Made by a program: the position numbers and the translations under genes
The notes under the pieces: model-generated
Database searches by the model: none
The model's input: the letters and a program-made list of their open reading frames with translations, nothing else
What the model was told of the DNA's origin: nothing
NCBI GenBank assembly: GCA_964199315.1
Contig: OZ116708.1
Location: 9,238,001-9,302,000 of the forward strand
Length of the DNA: 64,000 bases
Source: Orbicella franksi
Taxonomy: Eukaryota
Reading direction: 5' to 3'
Shown: in pieces, positions 49,825 through 62,554 of the stretch
Position numbering within the stretch: position 1 is the first letter of the stretch
Layout of the letters: every line of letters starts with the position of its first letter

Positions 49825-50221
49825 TAATGTCAGTATTTTCTTTCCAAAGAAGCTGTTCATCAAGCATGACTCCTAGATGGTTAAACTTCTCAACCTGGAT
49901 CCCAGGATCTCTCTCCTTTTCCTCTCTTGTCGTTGACGAGAGAGAGGCAAAGGCGAGAGAGAGAGAGAGCCTGGAATCGATGTTTTTCTGATCTAAGAAT
50001 TTGATGACGTCAGTTATCAACAAAGAATTGCCGGCATTGAAAAACAAGCTGTGTTCACACTAGGCCTAACCATGTTTACTCTTATCACGAATGGAACGTT
50101 TCTCACTGCGAAAACTGTTCACTACAAGTGGTGCAGAACGCGATTCTTGATCAAAACAAGTTTATTCTTATCCAGTCTGAAACTATCGCCGTGGTGGTAG
50201 TGGCAGTATTACTACTACTAC

Positions 50222-50276
<55 letters not shown>

Positions 50277-50278
50277 TT

Positions 50279-50414
50279 TAAAGATTCGCACAGCTATTGA
50301 TGATATTGAAGCTGGTTTCGTCATTGGCTCCGGGCAACAACAAGTTGCCTAGGGAGGCCAAGAAACACCCCTTGTTTGCTTTTTCTCTTCTTTCTACATC
50401 TCCAGCACCTTTCT
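50279..50414 (-). mobile_element. Second, heavily 5'-truncated copy of the same R4/Dong element (3' end only) within (ATT)n
   Basis: Reverse complement of 8548-8683 with only a couple of visible substitutions. (ATT)n lies on both sides. Confidence 0.9.
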
Positions 50415-50438
50415 TCTTATTATTATTATTATTATTAA

Positions 50439-50477
<39 letters not shown>

Positions 50478-50894
50478 AAACCCGATCATATGTGATCACG
50501 ATTTAAGAAAAAAAAAAAAAATAAGCGCCTCCCTCACATAAGGCCTACTTGCCCAACCCAGCGCTAATTCAAGCTTTATGGTATCCTGCATTGGGGCTAC
50601 GACATTACACACGTTTTCTTTCAAATATGAGCTGATGATGAAGAGATAAAACAATCACGGACAGAAAACAGAACAGTTTTAAACAACATTCCAGTAAAAC
50701 TACATAAAATTTAATATAGGAGCCAGGCGTGATTTGTGTTTGAAACGGACAAGTATATATTGTAAACAATGTAACTTCAAACATGTTTAGCAGAAACGAG
50801 TTTCGTTGATCTAAACATGTTTACTCTAAACAAACTTCGTTGCCAGTGTGAACGCAGTATATATTGCTTACATGAAAAATAATTCTTTTTTGAC

Positions 50895-51510
50895 AGTGCA
50901 TTACTAACACGACAAATAAAGGTCTACTGACGTTAAAGGAATACTTCTAACTGATGAAAAATAATGTTCTACTGAGACAAAAGGAGTACCCATGAAAAAT
51001 AAAATTCTCATGATGCAAAAGGAGTGATACTAACATGAAAATAAAGCTTATCTGTCGAAAAGGGAATTTTGTCAACATGAAAATCAAACTTCTTCGGACG
51101 CAAAAAGTAATATTACTATTATGAGTAATAAGTTTCTGCTGGCGTGAAACGATCTTTAGTAACACGACCTCTAGTAACATTGACGAAAAGAGAATTTCTC
51201 TAACATAAAACAATAAATTTGCACTAACACAGAAAGGTATTTCGAATTCTAACATGCGAAATAAGGTTGTTCTTACTTACATGTGTTTTACTAACATGAA
51301 AACGATGCAAAGAGAGTGTTAATTAAAATGAACAAATTAGGTCTCCTGGACGCTAAAGGGATGCCTTCTGTACGGCCATGTACCTACAATGCAAGATTGA
51401 TGACGTAAAAGGGGTTTTACAGGCCCGGAAATACACCTCTCCTGACGCAAAAAGAGTATTACTGACAAGAAAAATATAGCTAACCTGACGCAAAAGGACT
51501 TTTCCGGACA
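50895..51510 (+). repeat. Degenerate tandem array of alternating CTAACATGAAAA- and CTGACGCAAAAG-like motifs
   Basis: Many imperfect copies spaced ~15-20 bp apart (~35 bp pairs). Confidence 0.6.
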
Positions 51511-51694
51511 TTCGGCATTTTGTGTTCAAGGTTATGTTTAATAAAGTACATTTTTCACTGCTGTTGAACCGAGGTAGTCCCTCTTTTTGGTGTGCTTCAA
51601 ATAAGCAAAATTTGGTTACGCTGAGTTTGCCATTTAACTGAAAAGTGTAAATAGACCCTTATCGGTTTGCAGTCAATATTTTCTTCAATTCAGA

Positions 51695-52045
51695 ATGGGA
51701 ACGTGTATAGCGAAAATGGTGGGCAGAAACAAACACGAAAAGTCATTTGATGATCTCCGGAGTAACCAAACTAGAACGGCAGAGAGAGAAGGAGCAGAAC
51801 ACGTTGCGAATCGTATGTCACGACGTCAAGGCGAATCTTGTGTTGATGCAGAAGCAGATGAAGACATCAGTCGAAGTAACCAGGAAGGATCCGGGAAGAA
51901 GAGAAAGACTCTACAAGAGTTGCACAAGAACCCGCCGCCTGGATTCAGAAAGTTCGAGTCCGAGGTAGACTGGCGAACAATTGACGAGGAAATCGCTCTT
52001 CAGCTTTGGGAGGACGTGTTTAAGCCCCTGTATACTTTTTACTAA
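51695..52045 (+). CDS. Candidate small protein (116 aa) with N-terminal MGTC (possible myristoylation + palmitoylation), disordered middle and helical C-terminus
   Basis: ATG in strong context (AGAATGG), right after a polypyrimidine-CAG acceptor. The ORF is GC-richer than its flanks and has a protein-like C-terminal segment (PPPGFRKFESEVDWRTIDEEIALQLWEDVF). I recognise no homolog. Confidence 0.45.
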   Translation: MGTCIAKMVGRNKHEKSFDDLRSNQTRTAEREGAEHVANRMSRRQGESCVDAEADEDISRSNQEGSGKKRKTLQELHKNPPPGFRKFESEVDWRTIDEEIALQLWEDVFKPLYTFY

Positions 52046-53438
52046 CTGTTAAAAGACATCCATTGTAATATAACTCTTAAAAGTGTCATGTATACATCAC
52101 AATATTTTCTTTAAAGATAGCTATTTTGTTATTAATGTTATTTTCTGACTTCTACCTGCGAAGTCTGTAAACATTAAGGATGTTTTGAGTTCCACAGTGA
52201 TCAAGTGCATTTCGCATTGCTTTCTTGCCACAACGTCTAAAATGTTCGAAATTTTCCACTTTCATGACAAAAGTCACTGAAAAGTTATAAGCTTTTTACG
52301 TCGAATATGCAAAGAGAATTTGTTGATGGTTGTCCACCTAGTACTGCGAGGCCTCGAGCATTTGATTTACCACGGTTCGCCTTCATTGACAAACTCTTAT
52401 ACTACACCCTTCATCTTGAATCTATATAAGCATAACCCTGAGCCTTAAATTCAGTGAAATTCAATTTCTGGTCATTTTACCTCTAACAATGAATAATATT
52501 TTGCGAAGAATATAATTCCATTTTCTTTAACTTATCATTTGAGACTTGAGAGATACGGCCTAGCGTAATGAATAGGACTCAAGTGGAGAAAGATAGATGA
52601 AGGAGTTAGTTGACTTCTTTGAGCAAAACAATGATTTGTTGTAAAATATTTTTGAAGCAGCAATAGACATACTGGAAAATTAAGATATATGCTTGATCTT
52701 TTGCGATTCTATAACAACAAACGCCTCTTGATAACACAAGAGCTCTTTCTTTGTAGTAGCTTGAATCTTATATCAGTCACAATAACCAGCAAACATAATT
52801 GTGCAATTTGGTCTTTTTAAATCACGATTTGTGTCAAGAAATTATGATCTAGATGATAGTCTCTTGCTTGAATTGATTAAACTACTTTTTTTTCCACTCA
52901 AGTTCAGTCAATGAAAAACACAACACAAGATGGCGGGTCATACCAAACTGTATTAAGCACATTAAGCACATGTTTCGTACAATTGACCGCTGGCACAGCG
53001 GGCTCAGAAAGTAAAAGAAATCACTGTAACATGACAGTATAACACACGTGTTCGACATAGGCAAACACATAGCAGTTTTCACTTGAGGTGGAAGTAATTT
53101 GCATCATACGGTATTTGTTTTGGTTTTGCGTTACTATGTTGTGAGATTAGCTAAAAAACCCGCGCCACTTTGTCAGCCAATTAGAAATAAAACCAAAACC
53201 ATTTGCTGGTTTGAGAATTAGACTGATTTTCTTTAATGTATACTACTCTGACCTTACATAACTCCACTAAACGTAGAAACTTTATTCGAATCACCAAAAT
53301 CTTAGCTTAATCCAGTATTTTACATTATAATGATTATGCTTTCAACACTAGACCACTAAGTGAAATTTTCTTACATGCAGCGATATTTCTGCTTCCCTCC
53401 ACCAGGCGGCGGCGGGGGCGGGGGGGGGGGGGAGATAG

Positions 53439-53725
53439 ACTCCCATATAAAAAGGACGGGAATGCACGGCAAAAATTTCGAAAAGAACCCTTTAGAAGTA
53501 CTAAGATCCTGTTTTGTGGGCGTGGCTTGAACCATTTTTCACCACTAACAGGTACCAATTCTAAAACAACACATTATCTCCTGTCATGTCTATATCTCAA
53601 CACCCTTTAAAGGTACCGAGAAAGCTCCCGCTGTGAAACTTTTGAAGCTGAACACCCTATGAGGTACAAAAACCAAAAGATACTGAAGGGTACGACGAGT
53701 ACGTCCGTTATTTTCGTATAGGAGT
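53439..53725. mobile_element. MITE with CTCCCATATAAAAAGGACGGG-type termini and repeated GGTAC motifs
   Basis: Degenerate inverted ends and internal AGGTACC/AAGTACT repeats. Confidence 0.5.
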
Positions 53726-54319
53726 TTTCCCCCCAAGAATTCCGGTGTTCTTTTTCACTTCTGAGTACATGTTGGAGCTGTTTTAAACAATGTTTACTTT
53801 GCGAACTGAGAACCAGTTCATTTGACCAGTTTCATGATATACCTGGCTCATATCCTTTTCTTGGCGAATAAGAACATAAAATAAGGAACGAGATTTTCAA
53901 ATATATAATGGGACCCGGAAATTAAATAAAACACGTGTAAATGGTTTAATTCCAGTGCTGATGCATTTTCCTCGAGCCAAATATCGAAAATAAGCGAGAA
54001 TTGCCGTACAAAGCACTACTTAAGTCCACGGATCTTAATGAATGGGCGAATCTTTCACACAAGGTACTTTTTTTTCTTGATCATTTTATTTTTGCGAGAT
54101 GATCAAACAAAAAACAATAACAAAAAAAAAAAAAAAAAAAATCACTTTTATTTCACCCCAGAGTTAGAAATAATTTATTACAATGTTATAGATTAGAAAC
54201 AACAATAGAGGGGGTGCTGGCTACCCGCCCTGCAGAAACTTGACAAACAAGTGAGAGAAACCCACCAGCGGCTGTCTTGAAAAACAACGCCGAAAAGACT
54301 CTGGGAACGAGATGAGTTT

Positions 54320-54507
54320 TCTCAGAATCTCACTGCATGACGTCATGAAATCAACCGAACGATCCTTTCTTGGAAGGGAGCATTTACACACTTGAAGACA
54401 TACCTTGGTTGTCGTAATGACCGAGCGTTTGAGAAACAAAAACCAGGGCATCAACTGCGAATTGGGTTGTGTGTGAATCTTGAGTTTGTAGAAGACAACG
54501 GATAGTT
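54320..54507 (+). promoter_or_regulatory. Copy 1 of duplicated promoter and putative non-coding first exon, with CRE palindrome TGACGTCA at 54338-54345
   Basis: Aligns with 58380-58556 and ends at donor GTT|GTGAGT (54508). Confidence 0.5.
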
Positions 54508-56029
54508 GTGAGTAACTTTCTTTTGATTGATGTACATGTGCCGTTATAAATTTGCTATAATACTACTCTATGCAGGGTAGCAGAATTAGAACTGGGAAAG
54601 ACAAACAAAATTATCCACATCAGGTCTCTCAGTTCTGTTGCATTTTCCTAGCGGCAGCTAATCTGATTGTTGGCCGGGAAACGAAGGACTGTGCGCTCAG
54701 TTGTACTGATCGTGAAAATGGGGTACTAGCTCTTAAACTTCACGACTTGGCGTAAAATTTTGATAAAACGTACTCAGTGAAGTCCGCCAAGACGAATCGG
54801 GCACCATATTGACTTAATAGTATCAAGTAAAATCCTCCAGACATAGTTGCTTGCGAAGATAGTTGAATATCAAAAGAATTAGCCATTATGATACAGAGGT
54901 GATCACGAATTGTTTAAGAATTCAGATCCGAGCAACTCAGCGGAGGTCAGTGTGTATGAAGCTGATGGTTTCTTGGAAGAGAACGTTTGCACATTCTTTA
55001 GAGACCTTGCTCCTCAAACTGTTGAGAATTACATTTGTGAGAATGAAGTGTAATTGCTTTCGAACATTTTATGGCTTTATTCCCTTGATTAATTAATTGA
55101 GGTCATTAATTTCGATGTAAAATGCAGTCAAGACGCAAACAAACGAGCCTTTAGAGACACATCTATAGCGGTCTGTTAAAAATTTTGACATTTCAGTTTG
55201 CTGTTGTTTTGAGGTAGAACGTCAGTTTCTCTGGCTTTCCTCGTTGCCTCATTATAAGATGAAAGACCAGTGATTTGCAGTGAACTCTCGCACGTTCGAC
55301 TGAGCTGAATAGTGTATGCATTTCACTGATTGGTATTAGAATTTATACAGATTTATACTCTGGTTTCTCGGAAAAGAAAAGCGACGTTTTTTTTCGTATG
55401 CGAATGATGACTAGGGACCGTTCGTGACAAATGCTCGGCAAGCATTCACGATCGTATTTCGCATATGTTTCAATCACTATTTTGGCATTACGAGTTATAA
55501 AACAAGAGTTTGATTAAGCTGGATTCCCACAATTGAAGACATAACGAGTCGCTGTTTTTGCTCAAGTTTTGACTGAGAATCACCTCTTAGCTGCCCATTG
55601 TGCAGGATTGTTTAGCTGCTCGATTTCGGAGCTCTCTGCATGAAAAAAGACACTATCTCCACTTGATTTCCTAGAAACAGTGATGGTACTGCAACCAATC
55701 GACTTAAAAGCGACATTTTTTCAAACGGTCAGGACCTGTGCAATTGTGTGATTCACACATTCACTCCGTGAGGTTTCCAAGAAAGGAGCAAGGCTGAACA
55801 TTACCAAAACCTTGTTTTTGAGATATTTGTAACAGTTTTTTGAGTATTCTGGTATCTGTTATCACTAACTAGAGTTGAACATGTATATTGGGTTGTGCAG
55901 AAATGGTTTTTACCTCAGGTCAAAGACACGTTTGCTTCTCCGACGCAAATTTTGCTTCCGAAACATATGATTCTCAGTTTAGCCTGACTATGTTATACTG
56001 ATCGTGACGATGCAACTTCCCTGCGCTTC

Positions 56030-57030
56030 AATGCAAGGGAGCCCTGATAATCTGCGAGCCATTAGGAACATCCTCTTTATTCATGGACCAAACTCATGAT
56101 CTTTCCCTGGCATTTTGAGCATGGTCAGTTGCTGTGGACATGTCCTCGGCACATCTATGATCAGGTGTAACAGCTGTAAGTACATGACTGGGTAGGCCAG
56201 AAGGGAACAATCATTATGCATAAAGGCCCTCTGCTTCTACCCTTGCTATCTTGTGCAGGCAATGAGCAATCAAACCAAACGGGGGAAAAGCATAGAAAAG
56301 TTATGTTTCCCATGTAATAAAAACATCTACTTAAGTTGTGCCAGGATCAGGTCTCCAGGATGCATAACAAGACACCTGTGTATTGTACTATTTAGCCTAG
56401 AGACAAAGAGGTCAATAGATGGTTCAACCAGATTTGTGTAACTTGTTGAAATATGTCTGGCCTCAGCAATTCCACCCTTTATTATTAATACAAACTCTAT
56501 TATTTTTATCTGGGATACGAGCTGCAGAAATCCAGATATCTCTCAATACAAAACTGCCGGATATCTTTAGCAGCAGAGTTACACTTTATAGAATGTCCCT
56601 CCCATAGAATTAATAAAGGAGTGGTTGTATTGTCCAAATAAATGCAAAAATGGACACTTTTCATTCTACTGCAGAAAGTTTTCAACCCCCAAAATACAGC
56701 CATAAGTTCAAGGCAATTAATGTGATTCTTTGATTCAGCTTCATGTCCCTCTGCCTCCTGTTTTTTCAATGCCCATGACTGCACCCTAACCCTTGAGTGA
56801 AGCGTGTACAAGGCGATGTCAATCTTTGCATTTGGGGTACAAAGAGGATAGTCAGCTTTTTCAATATTATCACACCACCATTTTAATTCTGTAAGGTTTT
56901 CTTGAATTGATATAGATACACTGCTAATAAACCCAAGCCAGTGCTCTTTGATGCCAAGCACCTTTTCAGTGGGGAGGGACACAGTTATACTCACAGAATT
57001 CAGAACAAAACCCCAGAAAAACAAGTGCCT
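56030..57030 (-). mobile_element. Decayed DIRS1-type tyrosine-recombinase retrotransposon fragment (RT end, RNase H, downstream region)
   Basis: ORF 56506..57024(-) contains WGFVLNSVSITVSLPTEK, ELKWWCDNI, HINCLELMAVFWGLKTFC and YLDNTT. It continues through stops and frameshifts as YASWRPDPG and LLHLIIDVPR. Confidence 0.8.
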
Positions 57031-58379
57031 GAACTGGTCTAAGCACTGATTTCAGATCACACACAAAATGAAGTATAATACGAGTTTCTCTGGCTTTCCA
57101 CGTTACCTCATTATAAGACGAAAGACCAGAGATTTGCAATGAACGCTCGCACGTTCGGCTAGCTGAAAATGCATTTCACTGATCTTGTATTTATTCTGAG
57201 GTTTCTCGGAATCTCTTAATTCCAGAGCAGCTATTTGTATTCATCATTGCTAATTAAGACTGTGTTTTTCGCTGTTAAGCTTTCAGGAAGAGCTGTTGAG
57301 TTCCCCCTAGCGTATATTTTATATTTCTTTCAGTTGTCAGAAAAGAAAAGCGACGCTTTTTTTCGTATGCGAACGATGACTGGGGATCTTTCGTGACAAA
57401 TGCTCGTGACAAACATTCACGATCGTATTTCGCATATGTTTCAATCGCTATTTTGTCATCGGGAGTTATAAAACAAGAGATTGATTAAACTGGGAATGTT
57501 TTTCTCTCCTTTAGAGACTAATAGGCCACGTTTGATAGATTACTCCGAGGCTTTCAGGACAAACTCTTATACTTGGTGGTGTTTTATTTGCCTCCAAGTC
57601 TGTTTGGGGAATTGAGGGGCATAAGAAGATTTAAAACTGACAATTTTGTCCTGCAAGACTCGGAGCCAAGTTAGAATAATTTTCTTGTACATCGCATTCC
57701 GAACAAATTACAGCGCAATATCTGAAAAAAAGAGAGAGAGAGAAAAAAAAAAAAAAAATATATATATATAACGGAGGCAATGTCCATGAAAAAAAAAATA
57801 TTACTAGGTATTTAGGGTATTTATAATGACTGTAAACGACAAAAACAAACCAAACCAAAACGACTGAGGCAAGAGCCTCAGTTTGCCTGCTACTCAGAGC
57901 TGAGGTCCTGATTTATGAATAGCAAAATTAAGATTCTAGTAGACAAATATCGCATTGGCCAAATCTAATGCGCCCGGTCGCGTTTATAACTTTCCATACA
58001 TTTGCCAGAACAGCGAAAAGACCCTTGGTAAGTTGTGGCGAGCCTCGTGAAACCTTTACGCTGTTTCAGACAGACAATAATTTGCGATTTTGCGACGATT
58101 TTTAGCACATGACCCCGTATATTTCAGACCTTACCCTGGAGCGTAATTTGAGAAGGGCTTAAATTCGATCTTGATCAGAGTTAACTTATAATGACAAAGT
58201 GGCTTCTTCTAAAACATACCCAATTGAAGACCAGAGTGCACGAAGCATGTGCTGTTTCAGATTAGAACGCCGGGCACAAATGCCGTACTCACTGGCGCCG
58301 CACATAGAATAGAACTCACGTTAGGAACCCCCCCTCCCTCCTCCTCCCTCCCCCCCCCCCCCAACAACCGGGTTTGAAG

Positions 58380-58556
58380 TTTCCTAGAATTACTCATGAT
58401 GACGTCAGGAAATTATCCAACTTTTTCTCGGCTGTTCTTGGACGGGAGCGTCTGCAAGCTACCTTTTTCGTCGTTTGAGGAGCAGCAACCGTAACATCAG
58501 CAGCGAATTGGCTTGTTTACGACTCTTGAATTTGCAGAGCTGCACGGACAGTTGAG
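58380..58556 (+). promoter_or_regulatory. Copy 2 of duplicated promoter and putative non-coding first exon of the SRCR gene, with CRE TGACGTCA at 58400-58407
   Basis: Ends at the strong donor GAG|GTAAGT (58557). The next clear downstream acceptor opens the SRCR coding exon at 62487. Confidence 0.55.
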
Positions 58557-60491
58557 GTAAGTCTTTTAAGTCCCGTTTTTACATATTCGCATTTGATTCC
58601 TACTTCAGCGTTCCAGAAAATGCAATTGAAAAAAACACAAACAAACAAAATCCATATCAGACATCAGAGCTGTTGCATTTTCCTACCTGCAGTTAGCGGG
58701 CGAGTGAATGACTGCTAGTAAGCAGACGACTGTGTGTCCGGCTAAGGCCTGGCTGGGAAACAGTTGCGGAAACATTTTATTGTTGCGGGGGAAAATGTTT
58801 ATAGTTTAACCACGCGGGAAACATGTTGCGGAAACCAATTTTGGAAACAAGACAATGGTGTTTACCTCAGGTCAAAGACACTTGCTTCTCGGACACAAAT
58901 TTTATCTTCCGAAACATAAGTTTCCTAGTTTAGCCACCAAGTTATACTGATCGTGACTATGCGATTGTTAATCAAATTCACAACTTAGCGTTGTCAGGAT
59001 AAAACTGAAGTCCGCTAATGTATTGGCGAGCGTCGATGACTATGTTAACTCTATAGTATTACACGCTATATGTAGAATCGAAATTTGCGTTCTATTAACC
59101 GACGAAAATCCTCTAAAATATACTGTTGCTCACGAGGACAGAATAATATCAAAACATTAGTCATTAGATGAGGTAAATGGTTTAATATCTCAGATCCGAG
59201 GTGTTCAGCGGAGGTGAGAGAGATGCGTGTTTAAATTAAACTGATGGTCAAACAAAAACAGTTCTCTGAGCAAAAACGCACTGCAAAGTCGTTGTAAAAA
59301 TGAAATAGGATTGCTTTCGAACATTTCATGGCTATATAGAAATTGCTGAAATTCAGTATGCCGAAAAATACATTTGTGGTTGCTATAATTCCCTTGCTCA
59401 GTTTTATATGTCAATGTAAAAAAAAAAAAAAAACAGTCTAGACATAAACAAATATTAAAGGCACATCCTAAGCGAGTCTATATCAATTTTGAATTTAACT
59501 TTGCCGTTGTTTTGCCGTTAATGAAAATCTGAGGAGTTTGTCTGGCTTTCCTCGGTACGTAATTATTATGCCTGAGATTTGAAGGAAACTTCCACACGGT
59601 TGGCTTTAAATACATTTTCCCCTGTGAACACTGATCGGGAACAGTATAGCCACCTTATTGAAATTGCACTCAAGTTTCTTGGAATCTTCAAGTGCAGCTT
59701 GTTATTCATCTCTACTTTTGATCGTCTTCATTATTAAGTCTCTGATAGTAGCTATAAGGCCTAAAACTGAAAGCTGTTAGGTTAGCTTTAGCTTATAATT
59801 TTATTTCTGTTGTTAGGAGAAAAGAGAAAAGCCGTGATCTTTGTTGTCGTATGCGAGCAGTGACAAAAGTGCGTGACAAACGTCCATAATACTATTTACT
59901 GTTTATGTTTTAGCAGTCGTCGTTCAGGTGGCAAGTTGCCAATATTCTTGAGCTTAAAACCTTAAGAGAACTACCAAGTACTTGTTATCAAACAGTAAGC
60001 TATAGATAAAAGACTGAGGACTTACGATCTCACAGAACCACCATTTTTGCGTACTTTTTGCGGAGTCTACTACTCAGGGAACCAGACCGTGTTGGGATTC
60101 CGCCATAGTTATTTAAAATAAGGTTTGAACATGGCAACGATAAGAATCCAAGACCACTTTATTTTACAAATTTTATGACATATCCTTGTCAAAACATATT
60201 ATGGTCGGAGAAAGTGGTTCATTGCATCGTTCTCGAGGAAGGAGAGCTAAAATTATGAAGACTAGAAAATGAGATATGAATGCACATCGCGGTAAGGATT
60301 CGTGGTTGCAGCACCATCACTGTTTCTAGTAAATAAGGTGGAGGTAGTGTCTGTTTCCATACAGTGAGCTGCGAAAGCGAGCAGATAAACAATCGATCCT
60401 GCACAATGGGCTGCTAAGAGGTAACTCTCAGTCAAAACTTGAGCAAAAACAGCGACTTGTCATGTCTTCAATTCTGGGAATCAATCACTCA

Positions 60492-61282
60492 TGCTGTGTT
60501 TGCATTTGAGCTTTTACCAAGGTAAACAGTTACTAAGGTCAAGTTACTTAACCTTGGTACATTCGTCCAGTGTTTATACCGGGTGAAATAACTCAAGTTG
60601 ATCTTTCAACAGTCGCGCGCGCTACATTATCAACGTCATGAAATTCGAACTTGGACGGGGATCCCTCCGCAGCGGAACAGGAGCAAATTGAGGTGCCATC
60701 ATTTTCATAGGCGAGGACCTCATTCCATAATATTGCGGCGAAAATTCAGCTGCTTTATCATACCCAGAGTATGCATGGTTATATGCGTAGAAACGTGGAT
60801 ACGTTGTATATACAGCATTCTCCCTGGTGGCAAAATATATCGACAATAATTACACAACAAAGGGCCGAACTTTGTCTAGAGAAAGTTGTAAATAATACTG
60901 AGAATGAAAAATACAATGCTCTCTTTTACGTGACGGATTGTTCGCCGTAAGAAGATCGATCTAATCTTTCCACGTTATCTGCCATGGTAACCTAGTCAAA
61001 ACTGGAAAAGAAACGCTTTGCTTTGTCGGCAATTGCACAATCTGCTCACCACGGGAAGTGATATATTACGCCGCCACAAGCGGATATATCTGTCATCTTA
61101 ACCTTGGTTACCAACTGTAACCATGTCTGATCACAGGGTAATTACAACTTTTACCTTGGTTAAATTTCTTTTGTCTTTTGCGGCATTTACCAAAGTATCA
61201 CTTGGCGTTTACACACGGAAAATGTTTACCTAGGTAAGTAAACTCTGGTACCTCGGTAAACCGGTCAGGTCTAAACACAGCA
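60492..61282. mobile_element. Non-autonomous PIF/Harbinger-type element with 3-bp TCA TSD
   Basis: TGCTGTGTTT...AAACACAGCA termini, TCA at 60489-60491 and 61283-61285, and subterminal ACCTTGGT / ACCAAGGT repeats. Absent from the paralogous copy at ~55700. Confidence 0.75.
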
Positions 61283-61904
61283 TCAGTTTCCAATGCGACA
61301 TTTTTTCCAAGGGTCAGGACCTCTGCAATTGTGTGACTCACTCATTCACTCCGTGAGGTTTCGAAGAAAAGAGCAAGGGTAAACATTACTAAAACCTTAT
61401 TTCTGAGATTTCTGAAACTTTTTTTTTGATTCTTCTGGTATCTATTACCACTAACTAGAGTTTAATATGCAATAGTGTTGTACAGAAATGGAACCGAGAA
61501 AAAAAGTCCAAGTCGGATATCAGTAATAACAGACAGCAGCCCTACGGCTACCTAAATAGCAGCTTTCACGCCAACGATAAAGCGAGGGAGAAAACAAAAA
61601 ATGAACGTGGAGCTCTTTCTCACTGAGCTTCGTAATTAAAGGATCTTTCTACACATTTTTTAACCCTATTCTCCGGGGAAGGGCCGTCAAAGGTGTTTGG
61701 GCGGCTTTTAGCTGGTTTTGAGTCCAAGCCTTGAAGCAATGAGCCTCAAATTTAGTGGTTTGGCCTAAAACTTTATCAAAGATCATATTAACTCTTGTTT
61801 TTAGGCCCTCGTAGCTTGATTAAGAATATAACAAAAACAGTAAAGTAAATTTTTTGGCCGGAGTTTGTTTTCTTTCAACTAAAAATGTGACTTTGCAGTA
61901 TAAA

Positions 61905-61985
61905 GTAGGGCAGTACATGAGTGGTAAGACTACAGATGTGTTAATCTGAAGGTCACGGGTTCGAATCATCCTGGTGTTCGAAGCT
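61905..61985 (+). other. Degenerate tRNA-like sequence (SINE head or tRNA pseudogene)
   Basis: AGTGGTAAGAC...GGTCACGGGTTCGAATC contains A/B-box-like motifs followed by a T-run. No clean cloverleaf. Confidence 0.35.
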
Positions 61986-62554
61986 TCTTTTTTTTTCTCT
62001 CCCGAGCGCTAGCTATAAAGGATAGTTGCATTTATATAACGTTGGATAATATAAACGTCCAAGCCGTGCATAAAAATACTGTAATGAGATAGTATGAGAG
62101 CTTGAAGAAGAATAATTCGCTGAATAATAACACTCTTTCAGCGTCAAACCCTCACATATTATTTTTGGCAACGGTTCGTCTAAAAGCCGCTGTCAACGTT
62201 ATCGATAGATCGAACTCACCCAACTTTGTTGTATACCAAATAGTCTTTTTAAAGACTAAAGTAAACTTTAGTTTTAGGAGTTTTTATTCGACTCCAAACG
62301 CGAAAGACCAGCTCATCGCCTTGGTAGCCATTTTTTGCCCGAAGGTCACTCAATCGATGTATAGTTAAATTTATAAGAAGGGTTTACTAGAACTCATATC
62401 CCGTTCGCCGCGGTTGGAGACTACCGTAAATGATTTTAACAAAATAGGGACATGGGATAACTGTTAATTACCGTTTGGTATTTCAGAGTTGATTGAAAAC
62501 AAGTGTAACAGCTACCTGTCGGTGTGGGCACCGTTTTGGAGCCAATTCACAGCA

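Larger units (their letters stand above)
54320..61490. repeat. Local tandem duplication of non-coding sequence: copy 1 ~54320-56010, partial copy ~57083-57495, copy 2 ~58380-61490
   Basis: Collinear matching blocks: 54880-54965/59140-59250, 55225-55523/57083-57495/59540-59900, 55715-55890/61300-61490. Block 55905-56010 also matches 58855-58960 out of order and may be an independent repeat. Confidence 0.8.

Noticed and set aside
50128-50506. ORFs with long poly-Leu/Asn/Ile runs that mimic signal peptides or TM helices (also 5142-5458, 7784 N-terminus, 14098-14343)
   Set aside because: They are translations of (ATT/AAT/GTT)n microsatellites.
60622-60846. Tyr/Met/Pro-rich minus-strand ORF
   Set aside because: It lies inside the Harbinger-type element and is at most a relic of its ORF, not a host gene.
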